A DNA stretch of 64,000 bases from Gemmatimonadota bacterium. GTDB taxonomy: Bacteria > Gemmatimonadota > Gemmatimonadetes > Gemmatimonadales > Gemmatimonadaceae. The stretch covers positions 255,492 to 319,491 of the forward strand of contig JAZJZK010000007.1 in NCBI GenBank assembly GCA_040389905.1. Reading direction: 5' to 3'. A program made the position numbers and the translations under genes. Below are positions 57,400 through 64,000 of the stretch, piece by piece (the stretch's first letter is position 1; every line of letters begins with the position of its first letter). Under the pieces are notes generated by a model. That model was given only the letters and a program-made list of their open reading frames with translations, was not told the DNA's origin and did not search any database.

Positions 57400-58983
57400 A
57401 TGTCCTCCGACGATTCTTCCAACGTGTCCCGTCGAGCCTTCGTCAAGGGCTCCGCTACTACCGCCGCCGCCTTCGCGCTCGGACCCATGATCGTTCCCCG
57501 TCATGTACTCGGCGGTGTCGGCTACCAAGCGCCAAGCGATACCCTCAACGTCGCCATGGTCGGCATTGGCGGAATGGGGATGTCGAACTACGCGTCGCTC
57601 GTAGCGGCCGGCGTCAACGTCGTCGCGATTTGCGACGCAGACTTTCCGTATGTCGAGCGTTCCCTCGCTGGCCGCATGCGTCCGGCCACCGGCCAGACCG
57701 CTCCGAGTGAAGCGGCACAGAAGCTCCAGGCTTCCTACACGAACGCGAAGAAGTACACCGACTTTCGCGTGATGCTCGAGCAGCAGAAGGACATCGAGGC
57801 CGTATCCATTGCCACGCCCGATCACCTGCACGCGATCATTGCGTACGCCGCGATGAAGGCGGGGAAGCACGTGTACGTCCAGAAGCCGCTCACGTATTCC
57901 GTGCAGGAAGCGCGCATCCTCGCGAAGACGGCGCGGGACATGAAAGTCGTCACGCAGATGGGCAACCAGGGACACTCGGGCGACGGAACGCGCCGTATCA
58001 TGGAGCTCATCGGCGCCGGCGTCATCGGACCGATCAAGGATGTGCACATCTGGACGGATCGTCCGCTGCGGTACTGGGCGCAGGGCATTCCGCGCCCAAC
58101 CGCACCCAACGCCGCGCCAGCAGCCACACCGCCGGCACCCGCTCCGGGCGCACCCGTCGTGCCGCCGAGGTGGGACATGCGGACCGTTGATCGCGCGGTC
58201 CTCAAGGCCATGGCGGAGAATCCGCAGACGATTCCCGCGGGGCTGGAATGGGATCTCTTCCTCGGACCCGCGAAAAACCTCCCGTATCATCCGTCCTATC
58301 ATCCCTTCAGCTGGCGCGGGTGGGTGGACTTTGGCGTGAGCGCGATCGGCGACATGGGTGCGCACCTCGTCGACCAACCGTTCTGGGCGCTGGGCCTCGA
58401 GTATCCGACGAGCATCATTTCGTCGTCCACGCCATGGGGCGGAGGCGCGAAGGATCCAGGCACATATCCGCTCGCCATGACGACGCGCTACGAATTCGCC
58501 GCGCGGGGCTCGGCGCCTCCGGTTGCGCTGCACTGGTATGACGGCGGTCTGATGCCGATGCTCGATGCGGAGTTCGAGCTGCCCGGTGGCGACGGCGGCG
58601 GCGGTGTATTCGTCGGGGAGAAGGGATTCCTCACCTACGAGACTTACGGAAACAACCCCAAGGTGTTCGGTCCCGGCGCCGCGGAACGCGCGGCCCAGGT
58701 TCCGACGTCATTTGCGCGCGTCAAGACGTCGCACGAAGCGAATTGGGCCGAGGCCTGTAAGGGGAAGGGTACCGCAAGCTCGCCGTTCGACTATGCCGCC
58801 AAACTCACCGAGACGATGCTCCTCGGCATCGTCGCGTTGCGCGCCGGCCAGTCAAAGAAGATCCTGTACGACGGTGCGCAGATGCGCGTCACGAACATCG
58901 CGGATGCCAACCAGTGGTTGACGCGCGAGTATCGTGCGGGCTGGCAGCCGTGGAGTTCAGCGGAGGCGTCTGCGGCGATCTGA
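57400..58983 (+). CDS. Tat-exported Gfo/Idh/MocA oxidoreductase
   Basis: 'SRRAFVK', 'VGIGGMG', 'ATPDHLH', 'KHVYVQKPL', 'TQMGNQGHS', 'GDMGAH'. Confidence 0.92.
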   Translation: MSSDDSSNVSRRAFVKGSATTAAAFALGPMIVPRHVLGGVGYQAPSDTLNVAMVGIGGMGMSNYASLVAAGVNVVAICDADFPYVERSLAGRMRPATGQTAPSEAAQKLQASYTNAKKYTDFRVMLEQQKDIEAVSIATPDHLHAIIAYAAMKAGKHVYVQKPLTYSVQEARILAKTARDMKVVTQMGNQGHSGDGTRRIMELIGAGVIGPIKDVHIWTDRPLRYWAQGIPRPTAPNAAPAATPPAPAPGAPVVPPRWDMRTVDRAVLKAMAENPQTIPAGLEWDLFLGPAKNLPYHPSYHPFSWRGWVDFGVSAIGDMGAHLVDQPFWALGLEYPTSIISSSTPWGGGAKDPGTYPLAMTTRYEFAARGSAPPVALHWYDGGLMPMLDAEFELPGGDGGGGVFVGEKGFLTYETYGNNPKVFGPGAAERAAQVPTSFARVKTSHEANWAEACKGKGTASSPFDYAAKLTETMLLGIVALRAGQSKKILYDGAQMRVTNIADANQWLTREYRAGWQPWSSAEASAAI

Positions 58984-59076
58984 TCGTTTTGTCGCCCTGA
59001 ACGAAGCGAAGGGCCCGCACCTCACGCGTTCAACAGCAGGTACGGGCCCTTCGTTGCACTCAGGGCGACAAAACGA
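58984..59076. repeat. Inverted pair of REP family A
   Basis: TCGTTTTGTCGCCCTGA...GCACCT / AGGTACGGGCCCTTCG...CAGGGCGACAAAACGA. Confidence 0.92.
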
Positions 59077-59244
59077 GCGTAACCGCGCAAGAGGCTCCAG
59101 TGCATGTGCGCTGGGGTCTTCTGTTTTCCCCCATGCGTTGGAATGAGCCTGCCTGCAAGGAAACGGTGACGCGTTTCGAGCCGCACTCTGCGATGATCCC
59201 TGCGCTCGCACACACGCACACTCTCACCCACGCAGAGGACACCC

Positions 59245-59547
59245 ATGCCGGACGACAGACTCGATCAGATCATCGACGCACTCGATCGCAAGCACCAGCG
59301 CGCCACGTACGGAGCCGTGGCATCGTTGCTGGGCAAAGCGCCGCGCACACTCATGAGCGGACGTGACCGCGACATGCGGCACTCATGGGTGGTCAACCGC
59401 AAGAACGGCCAACCCACGGGCTACGAACCCGAACTCATGCATCCCGACCTCCTCGGCAGCGAGCGCATCATCGAGACGCGCGACGAGCTCGAGAAGTGGC
59501 TCGCCGTCCATGCGGCGAGCGTACTGCAGGCACAACGGGCAGCGTAG
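59245..59547 (+). CDS. Small protein, distant MGMT/ATL-like DNA-binding fold
   Basis: RBS GAGG; 'ATYGAVA.LLG..PR' and 'HSWVVN..NG' resemble 'TYG.IA..PR' and 'PWHRVV'. Confidence 0.55.
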   Translation: MPDDRLDQIIDALDRKHQRATYGAVASLLGKAPRTLMSGRDRDMRHSWVVNRKNGQPTGYEPELMHPDLLGSERIIETRDELEKWLAVHAASVLQAQRAA

Positions 59548-59557
59548 TTCCGGCCGG

Positions 59558-61816
59558 TCAGCGCGCGTCGACGTAAAGGTCGACGCGCCAATCGGCGGAG
59601 CCGCGCAGTTTACGCGAAGCATCGGCGCGAAAGAGTCCGTCGAGCAGGGCCACACCTATTCCCGCAGATGAGAGCCGCTGTGTGGCCCTCGTTATATCTG
59701 CGCGCGGACCTGCCCATCCCACATCGGCGAACACCCGAGGGCGAATCAACGGATTGCCCTTCGCCAATTCGGCGCGTCCCATCCAGAAGGCATCACCTCG
59801 CGCATCGCCTGCGACATACGCGTGCACAGTGTGCGGCCCGCCGAGATACCAGAGGCGCTGCGCGGGCACCGTTCCAAGCGAGGAGCCAGCGCCACCGGAC
59901 ACGGTCGCTTCGAGGTCACCGCCCAATCCGTGTCCGATCGTCAGTTCCGTCGTGCCGCGACCATACGTGCTTTCTCCGAGCGCCGCTTCCGCGCGCACGC
60001 CGCCCGTGACCCGAAGGCCGCGAGGGTCGACGCCTGACGTGAATCCGATTCCGCCCGCACTGCCCGCGTATATGCCTTCGCGGGCCGTGATGTTCGCGGT
60101 GAACTGGCTGCCATTGACCGCATTGGCGATGGATCGATCGGTTCCGACCTTGGCGGTCGATTGCTGCTCGGCGAAGATTCGCCAGGTGTATGCCGGCGCA
60201 TCGGGCGCGCTCCGAAACGTGCCCCGCGCTTCGGCGCCCAGACTGCGATAGTAGAAGCCATCGTCGCGCCCGAACAATGCGGCGCTGACAGACGCGCCGA
60301 GGCCCAACGGACTTCCCCAATCGTTCGCCGCGTCGAGACGACGGTACGCGGCGGCGCGAATTTCGGCACGTCCACTCGCGCGCTGGAGAAAGAGCTCCGC
60401 ATTCGGCTGACGGTCTGCGAGCCCTACGTGAGCGATGAGACCTGCGTCGTAACCGTTCCCAAGCACCTGTTCAATTGCGACGCCGCCGGACAGCCCTTCG
60501 ATGCGATTGTACCGCCACAAACCGCGGTCGATTCCGACGCTCAAGGTCCGCGGCTGCGGATGCCACGCCGCTTGATTCGAGAGCGCAAAGGCAGTTTGCA
60601 CTTCCTTGCGAATTGCCGAGAGGTCCGATTCGGTGAACAATTCCTCGCTGGGCGAATAGATCGACGGCGGAAGCAACGGCGACGTCGCCATTGCCTCGAC
60701 GTCGCACGGAAGGAGCACGCTCGTGCGCATTCCTTCAACCGTCATGATCGTGAGGCGCTTGTCGACCATCAGGGACTCCGGGCTCCATGCCGCGCTCGTC
60801 GAATCACCTGTCGGGCGACAACGCTGCGTGCGCTGCTCGACCCCGCGCCACTTGGGCCGGCGAATTCGGCCATCGCGCGGGTCGATGGAGGGCGGCTCCT
60901 GTGCGACGAGAACCGGAGCGCCGGGAGCGATTGCGCTTACGCTCTCGTACGTGAATGTCTGTTCGATCGACATCGTAATTCGGCCACCCTTCGCCGTTCC
61001 TTCCCCTTCGGCGATGCGAATGCGCGGAAGCCAGAAGCGCCCCGCGTACAATCCATGCTCGACGATGATCTCACGAATGGTGCCGGTGAATGGCCCGAAC
61101 GTCTTTACCTTGTCGCGATCGTTGCGTCCGATCTCGCGTTCCATGAACGGCCACAAGTCCACCGGTGTGGACGGCCTGTATGCCGCACGAACGAGACTCC
61201 CACTTTCCGAATCGACCCAGAGCGAGCCGACGATCAGGTGCGACGCGGGCCGGCGTGGATGCACGCGAAGCTCGCGCACCCGAATGGTCTTGCCGTCGGG
61301 GAAACGCAGGTTCAGCGAGTCGCCAACCTCGAAGAGGTAGAGGCTGTCTGCACCCGCAGCGAGCGGGTGGGTAATCCAATCCTTCGCCATCGGTAGCGCG
61401 TCGCTGAGCTCCGCCGTGGGCCACAGACGGTCGCGTCCCGGTGCGTACGGGAACACCAGGCCCACATCCTCATCGACAGACTCAGGCTTCACCATGCCGT
61501 CCATCGGGACGACGGCGCGCGCGGCGATCAGCTCCGCCCATGCACCGTGTTGCTTGTTCCATCCGACACGCGCAACGGACTCGAACCGCGCGGCGAGCCG
61601 ATCACGGGCGATCGCCCCAAGCATGAAGCCGCGTGCGACGCCCAGTCCCGACGACATCCGCTGGCGCACCGTCGCGCGATAGTCGCCGAGTAGCGAGTCC
61701 TGCTGAAAGCGCGCGGAGCGCGCACGCGCGAGCAACGTTTCAGCGGAGAGTTGCGGCAGCGCCGAATTGGCCGCGCTGAGCTGGAGGGCGACGAGCGCGC
61801 TGACCAGAAGTGGCAA
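59558..61816 (-). CDS. Large outer membrane protein with C-terminal beta-barrel
   Basis: Signal peptide; 'RYNRIEGL..G', 'QRLWYLGG', 'FAD.GWAG', 'SAGIG...LDG.FRAD', terminal 'WRVDLYVDAR'. Confidence 0.75.
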   Translation of the reverse strand: MPLLVSALVALQLSAANSALPQLSAETLLARARSARFQQDSLLGDYRATVRQRMSSGLGVARGFMLGAIARDRLAARFESVARVGWNKQHGAWAELIAARAVVPMDGMVKPESVDEDVGLVFPYAPGRDRLWPTAELSDALPMAKDWITHPLAAGADSLYLFEVGDSLNLRFPDGKTIRVRELRVHPRRPASHLIVGSLWVDSESGSLVRAAYRPSTPVDLWPFMEREIGRNDRDKVKTFGPFTGTIREIIVEHGLYAGRFWLPRIRIAEGEGTAKGGRITMSIEQTFTYESVSAIAPGAPVLVAQEPPSIDPRDGRIRRPKWRGVEQRTQRCRPTGDSTSAAWSPESLMVDKRLTIMTVEGMRTSVLLPCDVEAMATSPLLPPSIYSPSEELFTESDLSAIRKEVQTAFALSNQAAWHPQPRTLSVGIDRGLWRYNRIEGLSGGVAIEQVLGNGYDAGLIAHVGLADRQPNAELFLQRASGRAEIRAAAYRRLDAANDWGSPLGLGASVSAALFGRDDGFYYRSLGAEARGTFRSAPDAPAYTWRIFAEQQSTAKVGTDRSIANAVNGSQFTANITAREGIYAGSAGGIGFTSGVDPRGLRVTGGVRAEAALGESTYGRGTTELTIGHGLGGDLEATVSGGAGSSLGTVPAQRLWYLGGPHTVHAYVAGDARGDAFWMGRAELAKGNPLIRPRVFADVGWAGPRADITRATQRLSSAGIGVALLDGLFRADASRKLRGSADWRVDLYVDAR

Positions 61817-61844
61817 TGGAGGACTCGCGGTTGTTTGCGGGACC

Positions 61845-61871
61845 TACGCGGGCGCGACAGTGTCGGTTTCG
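61845..61871 (-). promoter_or_regulatory. ECF-sigma-like promoter CGAAAC-N17-CGTA
   Basis: 28 nt upstream of the 61816 start; followed by GGTCCCGC, as at 21512. Confidence 0.7.
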
Positions 61872-61888
61872 GCGCCTGGGACGAGCCG

Positions 61889-62506
61889 TCAGTGGGTGGT
61901 GTCGATGCGTGCCATTTCCCACTCGCCGTTCCGTTTGATCAGCAACGCTTCACGGCGCAGTGTGTCGCGCTGCGCGCCGATTGCGTAGCCATCCGCGCCC
62001 ACGCGTACGGTGAAGACGTAGTCCGCGCGCGCCGAGTCTCGACCGACGATTGTCGGATTTTCGGTCAGGACAATTTCGCGCAAGCCGGCCGAAACTTCCC
62101 AGCCACGGCGGTACAGCCCATTGGGAAGGGTGTCACCGCGGACCGGGCGCCAGCGTGCTGCGGCACGTGCAGAGGTATCGCGAAGCGATGCGACACACCA
62201 GCCGGGATCCGTCACGACGCCGGCGGCGGTATCACGGAGCGTGACGTACTCAGCGAGTACAAGGGACCGCCAGCGTCCGACCGCGTCTCGGACGACCGCG
62301 TGGTCCGCATCAGAATTGATTTTGGCGAGCACCTCGGCGCAGGAGAACCAGGGAGGCCCGTCTGCCCAGATGCGCACAATCACCGGTGACCCATCGAGGC
62401 CAGGACTCGCGCGGCGGAGCGCGACGAGCGCCTCCTCACGACTCGGCGCCCACCCGCACGCCGTCGCCATCAGAATTGTGATCAGTGTGAGTCGGAGGCG
62501 TCGCAT
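61889..62506 (-). CDS. Hypothetical lipoprotein
   Basis: 'MRRLRLTLITILMATAC' lipobox; C-terminal 'KRNGEWEM'. Confidence 0.65.
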   Translation of the reverse strand: MRRLRLTLITILMATACGWAPSREEALVALRRASPGLDGSPVIVRIWADGPPWFSCAEVLAKINSDADHAVVRDAVGRWRSLVLAEYVTLRDTAAGVVTDPGWCVASLRDTSARAAARWRPVRGDTLPNGLYRRGWEVSAGLREIVLTENPTIVGRDSARADYVFTVRVGADGYAIGAQRDTLRREALLIKRNGEWEMARIDTTH

Positions 62507-62557
62507 CGCCACTCGACAGTGCGAGGAGCGGACCACGTGGCGCAACGAGCAGAACTG

Positions 62558-62632
62558 CAGGTGCGGGCCCTTCGCGGAGTCTACCCTCGAGGAGCGCAAG
62601 GGACGAAGGGCTCAGGGCGACAAAACGAGCGG
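62558..62632 (-). repeat. REP family A with internal insert
   Basis: CAGGTGCGGGCCCTTCG...CCCTCGAGGAGCGCAAGGG...CTCAGGGCGACAAAACGAGCGG. Confidence 0.85.
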
Positions 62633-62691
62633 ATCAGCATAACCCAGCCGATACCCGTCGCTATTTCGGTATTTGTTCGGTATCATTCCGT

Positions 62692-63759
62692 ATGCGCGCG
62701 AGAGATGCGGATCAGACGACCTTGTTCGACGAGGCAACGCCGCCGCGCGCTCCACTTCCAGTGGTTGGCGAACAGAAAGACATCCGGTATTTCGCGGCGA
62801 CGGCGCGGAGCGTCCTCAACACGCCTGCTGCGACGGGCATGGAATTCTGGTCAATCAATCCGTACGTCGGATGCGCTTTCGGTTGCCAGTATTGCTACGC
62901 TCGATATGCGCACCGCTATGTCGCGGAGCGCCTCAACTCCGAGTCGCACGACGCGAAAGCCGACGTGCTGCCTACCGACGAGCTGCCACCGTGGCTGGCG
63001 TTCGAGCGTCGCATACTCGTGAAGCGAGAAGCACCGCAGATTCTCGAGCGAGCGCTGCTGCGTCCCGCCGTGTATGACGCGCTCCACCGCGAGACAGTCG
63101 TGATCGGGACAGCAACAGACCCGTATCAGCCCGCCGAGCGGCACTTCCGTGTGACGCGCGGCGTGCTCGAGGTGCTTGCGGAGCACCGCGATCTCTCCAT
63201 TACGATCATCACGAAGAGCCCTCTTGTGACGCGGGACATCGACGTCCTTTCGCGCATTCGCGATCGATCGAGACTGTCGGTCCACGTTTCGTTGATCACG
63301 GTGGACCGCGAGCTGGCGCGCCGAATCGAGCCGCGCGCGCCCACACCCGACGCGCGACTACGCGCCATCGCGCGGTTGCGCGCAAATGATATCCATGTCG
63401 GCGTGAACTGCATGCCTGTTTTGCCCGGAATCACCGATTCGCCGGAACAGATCGAGGAGTTGGTGATGCGCATCGCCGAGACGAAGGCGACGCACATCGG
63501 TGCGTGCGCATTGCGGCTTCAGAGTACGGCGCGCGACAAGTATCTGCCGTTCATCGCCGACGAGTTTCCTGAGCTGTCGGAAAAGTACCGACGCGCCTAT
63601 GCGCGGAGTCATCAGGTGGGCCAGCGGTATCGCGACGGCTTACGTGCGCGATTCGTGGCGCTGTGCGGTAAATACGGCCTGTCGTTCGGATGGCGAAACA
63701 CGGGTGAGCCCGAGGACGCCGAGGCGGTTCGGGCAGAGGACCAGTTCTCGTTGCTGTGA
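62692..63759 (+). CDS. Radical SAM protein, spore-photoproduct-lyase-like (Rv2578c/PA0069-type)
   Basis: 'SINPYVGCAFGCQYCYAR', 'IGTATDPYQPAE', 'TKSPLV.RDID', 'IEPRAPTP..RL', 'PVLPGITD'. Confidence 0.9.
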   Translation: MRARDADQTTLFDEATPPRAPLPVVGEQKDIRYFAATARSVLNTPAATGMEFWSINPYVGCAFGCQYCYARYAHRYVAERLNSESHDAKADVLPTDELPPWLAFERRILVKREAPQILERALLRPAVYDALHRETVVIGTATDPYQPAERHFRVTRGVLEVLAEHRDLSITIITKSPLVTRDIDVLSRIRDRSRLSVHVSLITVDRELARRIEPRAPTPDARLRAIARLRANDIHVGVNCMPVLPGITDSPEQIEELVMRIAETKATHIGACALRLQSTARDKYLPFIADEFPELSEKYRRAYARSHQVGQRYRDGLRARFVALCGKYGLSFGWRNTGEPEDAEAVRAEDQFSLL

Positions 63760-63780
63760 GTGACGTTTAGTTTCTTCGCC

Positions 63781-64000
63781 ATGGAAGATCCGCGAGAAGC
63801 TGTTCGAGTGTTCATCTACTCGCACGTCGCGTCGGAGGGAACTCCACCGTCGGCAGAACGCATTGCCGCGGAGTTCAGCATGTCGCGCGAGGCAGCGCTG
63901 GATGTGCTGCGCGTGTTGAGCGCGGAGCGGAAGATCATCACAGCACGCTCGACCGGCGAGATCTGGATGTGCGGACCATTTTCCGGCGTTCCAACACGAT
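63781..64000 (+). CDS. MerB/alkylmercury-lyase-like protein (3' end outside window)
   Basis: MEDPREAVRVFIY...PPS...IA (winged helix) then 'GEIWMCGPFSGVPT'. Confidence 0.6.
   Translation, partial: MEDPREAVRVFIYSHVASEGTPPSAERIAAEFSMSREAALDVLRVLSAERKIITARSTGEIWMCGPFSGVPTR

Noticed and set aside
63781..64000. Mercury-resistance operon
   Set aside because: Only a partial MerB-like N-terminus; no merR, merA or merT visible.

Overview
GC-rich bacterial chromosomal window. Gene content and order suggest Gemmatimonadota (inference, not proven). 1-16 kb is housekeeping: YihY, threonine aldolase, SRP RNA ffs, dnaX-ybaB-recR-orf-mglB-mglA-pgsA-cinA-grpE-dnaJ, mnmA, cysteine desulfurase, kynA, bshB1. 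16-28 kb is a tripartite efflux locus with one TolC, one adaptor and one ABC ATPase, followed by three tandem pairs of MacB-type permeases. The rest holds a large orphan histidine kinase, an accessory stretch (~33-39.5 kb, with a HigB toxin remnant and a decayed PEP-CTERM gene), a pseudokinase-kinase fusion, a UbiB kinase, a TonB-like barrel with an LTxxQ tail, an OYE, an amber-interrupted serine hydrolase, a second PEP-CTERM gene, an SPL-like radical SAM enzyme and a partial MerB-like gene. The most unusual content is non-coding: (i) at least six unrelated families of long inverted repeats, most built from 7/9/12/20-nt periodic units, including a GTAC-rich element and its 388-bp tandem duplication; (ii) a recurring ECF-type promoter YGAMAC-N17-CGTA in front of envelope genes, including internal permease pairs; (iii) repeated leaderless-type -10 boxes and sigma54-like sites. 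No CRISPR array, tRNA, rRNA, integrase or transposase was recognised.
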